DNA of 64,000 bases, from the NCBI GenBank assembly GCA_964106645.2, contig OZ067044.1; one strand, written 5' to 3'. A program made the position numbers and the translations under genes. This DNA comes from Podarcis pityusensis (Eukaryota). Shown piece after piece: positions 1 through 13,349 of the stretch (its first letter is position 1; every line of letters begins with the position of its first letter). The notes under the pieces were generated by a model. That model had not been told where the DNA came from. It worked only from the letters and a program-made list of their open reading frames with translations, and made no database searches.

Positions 1-67
1 CCTGGCGTGCTCTGGTCCATGGGGTCACGAAGAGTCGGACACGACTAAATGACTAAACAACAACAAA
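1..67 (+). mobile_element. BovB/RTE LINE 3' end (runs off window start)
   Basis: CCTGGCGTGCTCTGGTCCATGGGGTCACGAAGAGTCGGACACGACT followed by a (CAA)n tail, the characteristic RTE-BovB terminus. Confidence 0.8.
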
Positions 68-1548
68 GGAAGGGAGTACCAGAGCTCAAGCAAAGCCACT
101 CAAATGACCCTGCCAGTCACACTTCAAATGTTACTGGAACTGTGGGAAAGGTGCCCTCCAAAGACCTTAAAATACAGGCACAGTTTGTATGCAAGGAGAC
201 AAAAACTAGCAGACAATGGAGAAAGCTGATCTGAACTCATCTCCATGACATGCTAGCTTTCTGTTTGCAGGGAGGACTCTTCTCCCTCTCCCCCACTGCC
301 ACACACCCTGTCCTGCTTGGATATTGGGTATCATTCATCCACCACCTACAGCTCCTAATTCTACAGTCCATCTGTATAAAACTCTTTTACCATCTGATTC
401 TGTTAACTGTGTAAAGCCATCTTTTGTGCAAATCTTGCTCGGTTACTATTATTCACCATTTTTATTTACTAAAAGAATTGCATGTGAATGTACAGTTCCA
501 TAGTCATCATCCCATTGGGGGGAAATGTGTTTGTATGCAACTTGCATAGATCTTAAGACAACAAATTACAAGCTCCATTCTGAATAACAGAATGGGGCTG
601 AATAAATGAATTGGGGTGGGACCATGTGCATGATCACTTATGCCATTGAGAGAACTGAGAGCGCTTTCTTTACATTGGAAAGCTTAGTAGTAAAGTAAAT
701 GGTAAAAGGTGCTGGGCTGACATTGGATGAAAATCCTCTCTCCACAGCTGTCAGCAAAAAGAATGATTACATTTGGTCATACCCTTCCCTGGCTGAATAC
801 ACAGCTGATCAGCTGAGCTGGGTTTTATTTGGTTTATTATTCTTATAAATTCTACAGTTACCTGAACATCTGATCTATTGGCTCTCCATTCTGGCAGTGC
901 ACTTGGGAGAGAATGTAGTGTTCCCTTGCCTACGTTGGGCAATCCAGCATTCCTGCTTTTGGCTAGCCGCACAAAACCCCCAGCATAAACAAAGAAAATG
1001 GTTAACAAGCACAGGTAGTGATGCCCCCGCTTTTTCTGGGTCCTCTAGAGGCTTGCCAGTGCAGATGTACATGCAGCTGGCCTTAATTGCTATGTTCAAA
1101 AGATTATGCTCTGCAAATATTAGACAAGAAGCAGATTCAGGTGTTTGCCCGTGTTTTCGTGAGCAGTCAGCTCAGTTTATGAGAGCCTTTTTGCTCCGCT
1201 TCTGTGCGTGAGGCTCTTCCCACATGCACACAATGTGGTAATGTAATGCACTGCACAACAGGCTGCAGTTGTGTGTTGTGCTGCTGCTCAGTGGGGAAAG
1301 TTCCCTGCAGGTTTTGCTTTATTTGTTCTTTGAAACAGGGGTGGAGAGCCTCTGGCCCACTAGGCTCTCATATCCTGCCCATAGCCCTCTCTCCTAAGAT
1401 GTGGCTAGAATAATCACCTGTAGTGTGCCTGTTTTCTCGCTTTTTAAAAAAGAAACCTCACAAGTCAAGTACATGGAAGTTAGCATTTTCTCATACCACA
1501 CTATCTGCAGTCTAAAGTGATGCCACTTTAGTCTACTTAGAGGAATAT

Positions 1549-2112
1549 TGTCAGGAGCAGGTCAGTAATAAGTCACATGGTGTCTGAAGTTAACTCTTTA
1601 TTCAAGGAAGCAAGGTCAGCTCAGGAGGCCACGCCTAGTGAGCATAGCAACTCATCCCAGCAGGTCTTGCCCCAGTGAGGCAGTTGCGAGGACTGAAGGT
1701 CCCCACCACTCTCCAAAACTCCTTCTTCCCCTGGTCCTTCCGCAGGAACCTGAGGCTCCTTTGTCTTGCCTCTCTTTGCTCCACCGTCTTCATTCCTCTT
1801 TGTGTTGGGAGGAGCTGGTCACAGCAGCAGGAGGAGACCCCTTGGCTTCTTCACCAGCCTGACTCATCTCTGCCTCTTGGCCCACCTCTCCAGCCTCCTC
1901 TTCTGCCTCTGGTTCTGGACTGCTCTCTGCTACACTCTTCCTGCTCGCTAAACCCTGTTACCACTTTGGCTTCTGACATCTCCCCCTCCCAGTCTTCTCC
2001 CTCTGACCACTCATTGTTGTCCCACCACCAAACCCTGGGCTCTGAGCCTTTTTCCATTGGGCATTCAGCTGGTGCCTCCCACCACTTCTCGGTATCCAGC
2101 CACTTCATGATA
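1549..2112 (-). mobile_element. solo LTR (564 bp) in the last intron of LYRM4
   Basis: Ends TGTCAGGA...TCATGATA (imperfect TG..CA inverted ends); 5-bp TSD AATAT at 1544-1548 and 2113-2117; minus-strand AATAAA at 1597-1602 near the element end. Confidence 0.7.
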
Positions 2113-2169
2113 AATATGCACTCAGAACTCTGACCCCCCTTTTTTTTTTGAGAAGAGAATTTGAGATTT

Positions 2170-2390
2170 GTGCAAGTTTGTTTATTTTTGCATTTATATC
2201 CCACTTTTTTCTCAAATGAGCTCAAGGTGATCTACATGGCTCTCTCCCTCCCCAATTGATCCCCCACAACAACTCTGTGATGTAAGTTGGGTTGAGAGAT
2301 ACTGGCCGGCCCAAGGTCACCCAATGAGCTTTATGGTGGCCTCAGGTCTCAATACCCTGGTCCTTCTCCACTGCTCCTCTAAGCAATACA
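2170..2390 (-). mobile_element. degenerate MIR/CORE-like squamate SINE with L2-type tail
   Basis: TTTATATCCCAC..GAGCTCAAGG..CACAACAACTCTGTGA..GGCCCAAGGTCACCCA pattern; boundaries approximate. Confidence 0.5.
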
Positions 2391-2550
2391 GATGACAGCA
2401 GTCAGAAGAACAACTATAGCAGTTATTTTAAGTAATAGCAGTGCACTAAAGTCATTGAGAAAGTGGCAAGGAACCGTGGGAAAATGCAGCACGGGAGAAC
2501 TTTGGATTCTCCTTTTGAAGAGATCAATTAAACAATGCAGCTAAACAGTA

Positions 2551-2795
2551 CAGTTGTACCTCGGAAGTCAAACGGAATCTGTTCTGGAAGTCCGTTCAAC
2601 TTCCAAAATGTTCAGAAACCAAGGCACGGCTTCCAATTGGCTGCAGGAAGCTCCCACAGCCAATCGGAAGCAACATCAGATGTTCGGGTTCCAAAGAACG
2701 TTCGCAAACCGGAACGTTTGCGACATTCTGGGTTTGTGACATTCGGAAGCCAAAACGTTAGACTCGCACGATGTTTGAGAACCAAGGTACAGCTG
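2551..2795. mobile_element. Tigger/pogo-type MITE
   Basis: TIRs CAGTTGTACCTCGG / CCAAGGTACAGCTG flanked by TA on both sides. Confidence 0.8.
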
Positions 2796-4519
2796 TATTT
2801 GAAATGGTATGAGGCACTTGCTGCCATGAGACCAAAAAAGAGAGACTTTGATAAGGATGCAGCCGAAGCACAAATAGATGCTGAAGAACTCACAATATAA
2901 TTCAAGTGGAGGTGCTTTTTCTTTAAGAATCAGCACTGAGTTGCAGGCCTTGATCTCTCATTCTGAATAATTACTGTGTTTTTAAAGAGCCAAATCTTTG
3001 TCACATTTATTTTAAAAAATACAGTGCATTAGTGGAGTGTAATAATTTCACTGCAGAAATAATTACTAGCTATTATGGTATTGTTTGACAGATGTTGCAT
3101 TCAATTTAAATACAAGTATCTAGGATTTGACAATCAATTTCTTGTTATGAAGCTAAATGACTTCTGTATAGGCATGTTAGCAACAAACATTATTTTTTTG
3201 CCTGCTCGTGTAATTCATAGGCTGCTGTTGACATTTCTGGGTACTAAAGGAGCAGAATGCTTCCTTGCAGAGAAAACCAGTCTTGCCTTAACAATGGGCT
3301 GTAACTCTTCCCTCGTGATGAATAGCCCAGTCCAAAACCCAATCGTTTTATTGTGCATCTTGGGCCAGGTCAGTCACTCTGCAAAAATAGGATTCCCAAG
3401 GAGACAGCCCTGTTGAAAAGATGCCTCATAAAAGCCACTAGACTTTGAAAACTAGCTCGTGGTTGATTTGTGTTAGTAGCCTTCTTCAGGCATTCTTCTT
3501 CAGCGCTGAGACATCAAGGGAGGGGTGAGCTGTGGGGATGAGCGAGCCAGCTCTGTGTCCTTGTCCCTCCCCATCCTCCTTGACCTCAGCAAGTTGGAGG
3601 ATTAAACTCCTGAAGGAGGAAAGAGACTCCTGTAGATGAAGGCTCCCTGCAATTCTTAGAACCCAAGTTTTCCAGGGTTCTAAAGCACACAGAACCTCCA
3701 GCAGTACAGGTGGCTCCCCTAACAAGTTCATCCCCGAATTCAAAGCAAGTAATAGAAATGTGGCAAAGGGGTGAAGCTAGCACCGTGCCCACCCCACCCC
3801 TTGTGTGTTTTAACATCATAGATTGTCTGAAAGTGTTATCGGGGGGGGGGGGCACGAGTTGTGCAGCCATGTTTATATATTCGAAATTTTGTGCAAGGGC
3901 TTTGAAGTGGAGGGGAAGCGTTGACCTGTGTGAGCTGAGCATGTGAGCTAAGCAGTGAGCAGGAAGGTATGAAGGGAGCTTATAAGTTTGCATTTTCAGG
4001 GTTCTAAGCACAAGGCAGCAAGCACTAAATTCACGTCCAAACCCCCTTTCTACATTTCTGCTCAATGCAGGATGGTTGGGGATGGAGAAGATGAGCCAGA
4101 AGGCACAGCACCCCATCTTCGGTTTAAACTTCCCTGTATTCTTTTGAACATGTGAACAGGGGCTCTGTTTGCATATTAATGTGTAAAACATACACAACAT
4201 TAATTGCTCTGCTGCTGCTGAGCTGGTGTGATAGTGATGAGTGTTGTTACTAGAAAAGCCCCTCAACGATGAAGTATACATACAAGGAAGACTCTCTTTT
4301 TCTGCCTAACCTATTTTACCGAGTTGTGATGCCAAAACACAACAGGGAAGCAGCTTCCACATCAGTAAACATTAAGTATGATTTGTGCTTTTGCTAGGCT
4401 GTTTTAGACTAAACACAACACAGATGATCATCTTGTGCTTATTCTTTGTGCTTTCATCATTCCCTTGTAAGAAAAACTGTGTGGGAAAAGTTACAGCGCT
4501 TTTTTATTATTATTTTTAG

Positions 4520-4582
4520 GTCACCATTGGTCAACTTTATTCAACGGAGAAGTTAATTATCGAATGCCCACAGAACATCTGA
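4520..4582 (+). CDS. LYRM4: LYR motif-containing protein 4 (ISD11), last coding exon
   Basis: TTTTTAG acceptor, then VTIGQLYSTEKLIIECPQNI*, matching the vertebrate LYRM4 C-terminus (human VHIGQLYSTDKLIIEN...); expected syntenic position next to PPP1R3G. Confidence 0.92.
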   Translation, partial: VTIGQLYSTEKLIIECPQNI

Positions 4583-4836
4583 TAGTGCATGAACTCTTCT
4601 TTGCCTGTAGCAGTGGCGGATCAGCCTCAGTATTCTGGAACACGCACAGATTTTTACTTGAACATATTGTATTCTCTATGTATATTTGAGCTGTCTTGTT
4701 TCTCCACGTTGTTCACTAAGTCTTAACATAAGCTGTCCAGAATTTTTCATAGTGTGCTTTCAATATGCCAGTAAGATGATAACAATGTGTTGCCATGTCT
4801 GAGTGTCGCTATTTGCTTATATCAAGTTTTCTTGCC

Positions 4837-4842
4837 AATAAA
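4837..4842 (+). terminator. candidate LYRM4 polyadenylation signal
   Basis: AATAAA about 255 nt after the stop, followed by GT/T-rich sequence. Confidence 0.6.
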
Positions 4843-4972
4843 ATTCCATAAACTGAGGTTTGCTTGCTTCTGCTACTCAAGTTAATGTCTTTTCACCTAG
4901 CTCAGAAACTGGTAAATGAATATTTATTGCAACTTGGGGAATTCAGTGTAGAATTTGTGACAATCTCAAAAC

Positions 4973-5110
4973 CAGGTGTGGGAACTTGAGACTCTCCTCG
5001 TGTTGCTGAACTACAACTCCCCAAATCTCTGGCCATTGGCCATGCTGCCAGAGCTGAGGGCAGCTGTCCTTCAGCAACATCTGAAATGCCAAAGGTGTTC
5101 CCCACTCCTG
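4973..5110. mobile_element. degenerate palindromic hAT-type MITE
   Basis: CAGGTGTGGGAAC...GTTCCCCACTCCTG ends with an ACTACAACTCCC core, related to the 63311-63446 element. Confidence 0.55.
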
Positions 5111-5865
5111 TTCCAAACCATTTCGAGACCTCATTTCAGAGAATGCAGTTAAGACTTCAGTCCTAGATCAATTTTTACTAAGTTCATGCACTGCAGGCAG
5201 TTTGAACCTTAGCTTCCACTCCAGTACAAACCAAATTTCCTGAAGTATAGGGACCCATAGTTTTGTTGAACACTGCTTAAGCATTTCAAAATTCCATGGG
5301 GACTTAATCTACTTAAAACATGTTATCGGAAGAGCTATGAAATTTACAACTTAAAAGGATTGCTTTCAGGCACCTGAGCAATGGGGTGCTGTGTTTTCCA
5401 GAGGCTACAGATATACAGGTATTCACTTGGTATGCCATATCACAGCAGTGGCAAGGGCAGTTTGGCCCACAAGGCTCCCCCTCCCAAGCTGCATCAGGTC
5501 AGCAATGGGGCATGTAAACATGCAGCTCCCTGCCAAAAGTGTAGTTTGTAGGCACCATTAGTCAGCTGATCACTGATACTTGCAAATTCCTGCGCCTTTG
5601 TTCTGTTTGATTTCAAACCACACACATAAAAGAAAACACTTCCCTCGACATCAGGGTGATGCCCGGTGAATTGACAGGTGGGTCCTATGCACACAATCCC
5701 TGCCACGGCAGCTGTGTGGCATTCTCATACAAAACTGAACATGTACAGTGCCAAAAGAAAACAGTGACACCAGCATGAAAACAGTGATGAGGCAGAGGCC
5801 TGGCCAATGGGATACAGCCCACATATTACCTAGTGTTTTTTAAAATCAAACCTAACCTAAAGGTA

Positions 5866-6314
5866 CTGTATTTTTCGCTCCATAAGACGCACTTTTTTCC
5901 TCCTAAAAGGTAAGGGGAAATGTGCGTGCGTCTTACAGCGCGAGTGGCACTTCGCAACCCCCATTCAGCGAAGCGGGAGGAGGAACAGAAGGGTATCCTT
6001 CTGTTCCTTCTCCTGCTTCGCTTGAAGGGGCGCTGCACAGTTCTCCCTCCTTGCGCAGCGCCTCTCCTGCTTCTGTCCTGGCTTCTGCCTTAGCCGCATG
6101 CAGCCTCTTCGGGCAGGGGGAGCCTTCATCCCGCTGCCCTGAAGAGGCTTGGCGCGGTTATCCCAGAAGCCAGAACAACCACACGGTATCCCAGAAGCCA
6201 AATCCCTCTTGCTGTTCTGGCTTCTGGGATTCAGAATATTTTTTTCTTGTTTTCCTCCTCCCAAACCTAGGTGCACCTTATGGTCTGGTGCGTCTTATGG
6301 AGCGAAAAATACGG
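5866..6314. mobile_element. Tc1/mariner-superfamily MITE (449 bp)
   Basis: About 27-bp TIRs C(T/C)GTATTTTTCGCTCCATAAGACGCAC; TA at 5864-5865 and 6315-6316. Confidence 0.85.
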
Positions 6315-7653
6315 TACATCTAGCCTTAACAGTATGCCTCCCAATAGTTAAGCCAGTGCTTCTGAGAAGGTTACAAGCATGGTGAGAATAACCATTTGGT
6401 TGTCACCTTGTGAACTCCGTGACCATAGACTTAAAAAAAAAAAAAAAATTGGACACCATTGGACCTTGTGAAAATATACTGTGTGTGTTATGCATTATAA
6501 GTAGCGCTCTCACTTCAGCTGGGGATCTAGAAGCTACACAAGATTATGAAACAACCACTAGAAGCAAGTTTGACTGTAGCACCGCATTCAGCCTTTACTC
6601 TTCAGTAAAGCATTCAAGTGCATTGTTTTTAATCAATGCTTCCCCCTCCTTCCCCAAGCTCTTGGATCCTCATACTAGTTGACACCAGAAATTTGGTTTC
6701 TTTATAGACATATGAGGAAGAGATTCCCCCCCTCCCCCAGCCCCCTGTTTACAGCAACAAGAAATGTTCCAGTTTATTCATCAATTGATAAGCACTGTAC
6801 AAAGGTGGTGGCGAGGGGATGGGAGAAGGGAAGGAGTTGCTTCGAACATATTGCTGATCCTATCAGCCTCCTTATCGAGTCCAAATCTCTGCTGAAATGT
6901 CAGGCACCAAAATTAGGCTATTTGCTATTTCAAAGGTCAAAAGAACGCAACAATTTTCTGAAACTTACAAAAACATCCAGTCTTTTTACTAGCAAACATG
7001 ATTAACAATCTGCTACATCTGTAGACACCAGATTGCTCCCATGCACTTGAGAGTCCAATCAAAAAAAGGCATGGAGAGCCTTTAAGAAAGCAGGTTAAAC
7101 CTCATAGGCCATGTCCACAATTGCTAGATTTAAGGGAATGTTCCAAAGAATTTATGATCCACCAACCGTGCTTGGCACAATACCCAGGGCTAAGTAAACC
7201 TGGGTGTGTACTGCACTTGGCGTGCATTCATGGCCACCAAGCTGCAATCAATAGGTTTCGTCTCCTGTCATACAGACCTATACTAATTACAGAGGCTTGA
7301 GTTCCTACAGCGTGGCTACCAGCATGCAGCCGGACAGATCTCATGACACAGAATTACCGTAGCCATGCTTCTAAAGGAATTACAGTAAACAAAGGCTTCT
7401 TAACTATTGCACCTAAACAGTTCCACCATACAAGTTACATGACTCCTCTACAAAGCAGCCATCGCAGAACCTCCTCCAGACAAGCGTAATTGCAGTTTCC
7501 AGGCAGGCACACGTAGGGCAGCTTAGGGAAGAATGACAAAGCCAGCTCTGTATATTATTGTGAGTGTCTACCGTTCGTCAGACAGAATGCATTTACCTGA
7601 AGAAAGTGGTGTTCTGCAAGTTAATGGTATCCTAGAAGCGTTCATTGAAGCTG

Positions 7654-7940
7654 CAGAGCTGTCTTAAGCATATGCGGTGCCGGGGTGCAAAGATCTGCCC
7701 GGTGCCCCCCCGCCAGGTTGCCCAGTCCCAGGGGCACAGGAAGGCGGAGCCGGCCAGCCGCCTCAGTGCCTTGCTGGCCCCCAAACTCACAGCACAGAGC
7801 CACCCACAGCAGAAGAGCCCGCCACAGCGCTCTGACCGATGGGCGGGCTCCTCCCCCGACTCGATTCTCGGCCTGGCGCCCCTGAGAGCCCAGCACCCGG
7901 ATGCCCCGCACCCCTAGCACCTATGGACAAGACGGCCCTG
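7654..7940. mobile_element. GC-rich non-autonomous DNA transposon (hAT-like)
   Basis: Imperfect TIRs CAGAGCTGTCTT / AAGACGGCCCTG; similar 8-mers in the flanks (TGAAGCTG / GAAGGCTG); abrupt GC/CpG block in AT-rich DNA. Confidence 0.6.
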
Positions 7941-10900
7941 GAAGGCTGATATCCGAACGCAACCACCAATAGTTTGCTTGTACGAGTAGTGCCATCAGTG
8001 GTTTCAATCAATTGAACATCATTCCTACATGCTTACTTGGGCAGATGGAGATTCTATATAAGCCAGAAGATCCCAAGTTCCACCCCAAACTAAGATGTTT
8101 AGCATCCATTTTTATTTCTCTTCCTTCTCACCATATGCTGCTGATATTGTGATAATGGCAAGCGGCACAGAAAGCCACACCAGAAACGCATAAAAAGCCC
8201 TAAGTCGATTTACACAGTCTTAACTATATTCAGCAGTTTTGCCTGTCACTTTCATACACATGGCCAAGATCAGATTACAATTGATGGGTAAATTGCACTC
8301 AACCTTAAGCACTGTAAAATAAACAATCTAGTTGTTTAAAATGGAAATAACCCTGCACCTAAAGGCGAACACTAAAGCTAATTTATAATGCTTTTCACTT
8401 GCCTCTTCATTCCTACTGCTATCACCATTTTCAGCTTAACCTCTACTTAGACATGATACCATGACAGAAAATGTCAATACAGCATTAATAGTTTCTGGGT
8501 AAACGCCTGGCATGTCTCTATACTTTTGCATTTTCTTTTGTTTTTGATAAATGAAGGCACTTCCCTGAAGGCACTTTTAGCTTCAGGACATCTGCAGGAC
8601 AGACACTTATATGGTGCCTCTTACTTCAAATAAGATTTTAACCAGCTGCAGTATCTTTTAGAACCCAGACTGAAGTTTTAATATACAATATTTGTTTTGG
8701 CTTAATACACATTTTCCTTTTCTTTCTTATTTTAATCCAGATGGCTGCAGAATCTCTTATTGTTTCCAGACCTGGTACACACTAGCAAAGTTGAGAGTAA
8801 GCTCTGCTAGCACTCAAAATGCAGACATCTGGAACTGTACCTGCCAAAAAAGAGGAAAACATTAAATGAGTCTAAACATTTAAGAGTTAACTTCTTTAAA
8901 ATCTCCAAATTTCAGAAGAGTCAAAGAGCTTGAGATGTACTTTTAGGAACTAGACAGTATGTTTGGGAAATTTGGCAAACTCAGGCATAGAGAAGGGGCA
9001 GAAGTTTATTGGTCACATTATTTCATTCTATGTCTCAACATCTGTTAACACCGAAGTCCTAACTTAAGAAAATAAGAACCAACCATCTTGGGTAAAAGCA
9101 AATGAAAGCAAACAAAACCTTTGCTTAATTTGAGTCCCATTTAAAAGAAACATCTAAGGCTGCCAACCCAATAAGCCTTTATTGAACAAAGGGTTGTGGT
9201 GCTTGAAAATCTCCTCTCCTCCTCTACAATCTGGTTATGTTTGTACAGCAGTTATGGGATAGATATACACACAAGAAAGATTACACTGAAGACAAAAATT
9301 GATGTAGTCGTATGTAGCAGACAAGCAACCTCATTAACTCACAGGAAAAGGCATTTTTATTCATCAAGGTTTACAATTCTTGCTTATTAAAGCATCCGAG
9401 AGAATTCCTCCAGCACGTCTAACAGAAACAAAAAAACTCACCCACCCAACTCACCCTTCCCTATATTCCTCTAAAGGCACTAAAAACAGAAGCATATTTG
9501 ACATTCCTCTGGAAGGAGAGGGTGATCATTTACACGCAGAATGCAATCCATATTTAGAATACTGTGCACAATTCCAGATATCTCCGGGAACTCGGTCTCC
9601 TCTGAATGCTGTTCCAACAAGATTATTCACAGCAAATACAGGAGGAACTCTACAGTGTGCAAAACCAGTTCTTACCAGTTTTTGCCAGAATAGCATGCTA
9701 GAGATTTGCTCCTTGCTTGCTGAGAATGATCTTGTTCAAGACAGTATGCAGTTCTGACATATCGGCTAACAGCTCTGTTCATTCCCTCTGAATATCTCAG
9801 GCAAGAACTACCAGTAGTTTCTCTCGCCCCCCCCCCCAATAGTTTATGGAAATAAACGTTGGGGGGGGCAGAGGAAAAGGCACCCTAAGCCACCTGAGCT
9901 GGCAAGAAGTCAAAGGCTACCTAATTTTACATTTCTAAAAGTGCTTATTCAAGCCCTGTGGGGTTTTTTTAAAAAAGGTATCACATTTCCTAACCAAAAC
10001 ACTCACCTATGTCTTCCACTGGCTCTCGGGTATACAAAAAAATTATCCCATGGGAAAATATATATTTTCCCCCATCCCCCACAACCTAGCATCTTTACCA
10101 CTTAAGGTGGTAGGAGCGTCAAAGTTTATGCTGACCGCATTATGACTCACTGCGGGCTCTTTGACATGGCATCAGTTTTTTATCCAAGGAAAAGGAACGT
10201 GTGGTGTTCAGGAGAATTTGTGCACTCGTGCTTGCTTATTCATTGCTACATTTAATTTAATACATTTTGGAAACTAGTTTTAAAAGAAAAATAGAAACCC
10301 CGCAGGGTTTCTCTGCATCTGCAATATAGTATTTTTTTTTTCAAAAAGTGACCAGAACAAGTTCTTCCAAAATGTTGAGAAAACTGCTACTCTAGCTGAA
10401 GGAAAACAGTATTTTTCGAAGTACACTGAAAGGCAGTGTTGCTCTTGGCATGTACACAGAGATACCCTACACTTCTGTCCCACTGCCCTGCAACAAGAAG
10501 GCTTCAACTACATTTTAACTTTTGTCCCCAACAGTTATCAACTGCAGAGTCCAAGGTTACAGTAGGAGTCACAGTCAGCTTCTCTGTTTAAAAAATGAAG
10601 GGGGAAGAGCAGCCATTTAACACTTTATAAACACATCATAAAATTTCCAAACAAGAATCCAAATTATTATTTTGTAATGTTATATTAAGCGCAGAAGGAT
10701 TATGTTCTGCATAGCTAGTGCACCAAGAAGCAGCTATGGCAATGGTTCTGAATCAACTAAGTACTGTGGACCGCCTGTTTTTCAAAAGCCAAGCCATGGA
10801 CCCCTTACTTTTGAAAATTTTGATACCTCTGTGATAGGTTTAGTTATGTGAATGGTGCCATGGACCACCCCTGGGTGGGTTAAGTGGACCTCTTGGGGTC

Positions 10901-13349
10901 CACAGGTCACCAATTGCGTACCACTGAGATAAGGAATTCTCAACTGCTACATACACAACAGGGAAGAGCAGTGTCGTGGAAATATAACGTAAATAGGGAC
11001 AAGCTTCTGAAAACACAGTGCATGTGTGGCGCTCGGGAACCATGCCTGGGCGAGACCTTTAGACTGATGTGTGCACACCACAAACCCCATGTTCATTACA
11101 ATGCTAAGTGCCCCTTAATCTCCTAGAGATACATTCCTAAAGCAACCTTTAAGGTGATGCTTCATTATATAAGTTGTGGTTGCACAGTGCTACAACTGGA
11201 CAAAGTGAGGCATATATAAACCCAAATATGGCTCTGCAAAGCTTACCCCTGCTCACATCTCCCTTCACCTTGGAGGGTATGCCAGTCTATTGCATTCATA
11301 CAAACCCATACAGGATCCCTCAACATGGCAGATGTTTCATACTACTGACCTACTGAGTCACCTTACTTGAGAAAAGAAGGCTAAGGTTGACACCCTTATG
11401 AAGGGTGAAGAAAAGTACAAAAATCGGAAGTGGTGCCAGCAATATTTTCCCCAAATCCCAGGCAGGAAAGAGCCTACCATTCCAAGTTTTAGAAAGTGAA
11501 TACTGTAAGAAAGAGCATGCTAAGAAATGAGTTTGCCCTTGAAAGGCAATTCAATTAATTGTCACTTTTGGTCATTAGACCATTTTATCATGACTGGAGA
11601 GGAGACCTTAATACAATTTGACTGCTAGACAGGCTTCTAAAGGTGCTATTCAGCGGCCACTTTAGTTAATAGTAGTCCCAAAGACACCAATTAAGTGGTC
11701 ATCAAGTTGTTCCTGTTTTAGCAGCTAATTTCCCAGAATGATTGCTCCTACTAAACACTTCACAGCCTGAGTTGTAGCAAGGCTGCAGCTAGCTTTTGTG
11801 ATTGTTGTGGTTTTTTTTAACCATTTAGGGTTGTAAAAGTGCATTAAGTTTCAAAGTAAGAGGCCCTTCAAAGGACTCAACCAAGTTACAGAGATGGGAC
11901 ATCCAGAGGAAGTGGATCACACAAGAAAGTTGCTTGCTCTCTCAGCAGCTACTGCCACAGGTATGTCATCTCAAGAGAAGCTTCAGGAATACTGAATGGG
12001 TTTACATTTTAAAGCACCTAGTAGTCAATCGGCACACACCAAGGATGATGATCCACACAACAGCTATGCAGTAGTCCAGCTAAGGATTATTATTATTTAA
12101 TCCTGCTTGCCTTCCTCACTACCAGCTAGATACATGCAGCTGCCGCTACCACATGCATGCATCAACTTTTACAAAACCCTGAAGTGTGTGTCCACAGTTT
12201 GCAAAAAGCTTAATTCTGTGTGTTGGCAGCAGCTACAATCCAGCCAGAAGCAGGGAGCAAACATAAGCGGGATTGGATGCAAAGGAAGGCGGGGCTCCAG
12301 AACTTCCAATAGTTGTGGAGAAGGATGAATTTCAGCAGGAAAACCCAAACCTGCCGAAATTCCCTCTTCTACACAGCTACAGCAAGTTCATTTTCATTTG
12401 GTCACAGAACTCTAAACACCTTTCCTAAAGGGCTATTACATCCCAGTGTGGATTTTCTAGTAGACAGACATTTCACACCTCCTTAGACCTTGAAAGCCCA
12501 CATGTGATGATATGCTTTAAGTGATAATTTCTTAACATGCTATGTGACTGGAACCAAGACTAAATCACCAGTGCAAACAAAAACAACAAACAAGTAGCCA
12601 CAAAAGTTCCCTTTTTCAAAAACAGACCAAAAAAACCACAACTCCTCTTCATCAAGCCCTTGGCCAATATCTGTTAAGATTTCTGCCAAAAGGTCCTTCC
12701 CCATCTGTGTTACAGAAATAAGAGCACATTATCCCTCTGGTGGAAGACAAAGTGCCTCTAGTTTATTAGTGTAAAGAAAAGGCTCGGTGTTCAAGTTATA
12801 ACAGGGAAGTACTCAGCCGTGCATGTGTATTTTGAACAGCTCTGTTTGCTTGGTTCTCAGAGAGACTTCTGTAATTCAGTTGCATCCTTCTTGGCTTTCA
12901 CAGGTCATTTCCTGTACAGGAATAATGGAAGGCACAGGTCAGAAATGGTCCCCCACCCCCCACCACACCTCTTGCAAGCTTCCAGAACAGCAAACTCCAC
13001 TCTCTAGCTCCAGAGGGGCATACTTCCCCCCACAAAAAGGGATGTTTCACAGCATCAGTCACTCCCCCAGTTATAGACACCAGGTCATATCAGTGTTTGC
13101 CTGGAGCAGAAAGCAGGTAACATTCAGGTTGCTGCTTTGTCCTTCTCTCTCCCATTGTCAGGCCCTGATTTCCACATTTCCTTCTCACTTGATGCCCTAC
13201 AAGGCTTCTCCTTTGCTCCAACTTGAACTAGGTTGGCTGCAGCGAGGCTAAGGTAAGTGCAAAGGCACGGTTGGCCACCCCATCCGCTTTCCAAAGGATT
13301 GGGGTGGAAGGCACAAAGGCAAGGTGATGGCAGTTCCTGGAGGTCGCGG

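Noticed and set aside
3486-4281. 231-aa minus-strand ORF and neighbours
   Set aside because: Non-ATG or weak starts, no recognisable domain or splice structure; lies in the LYRM4 intron
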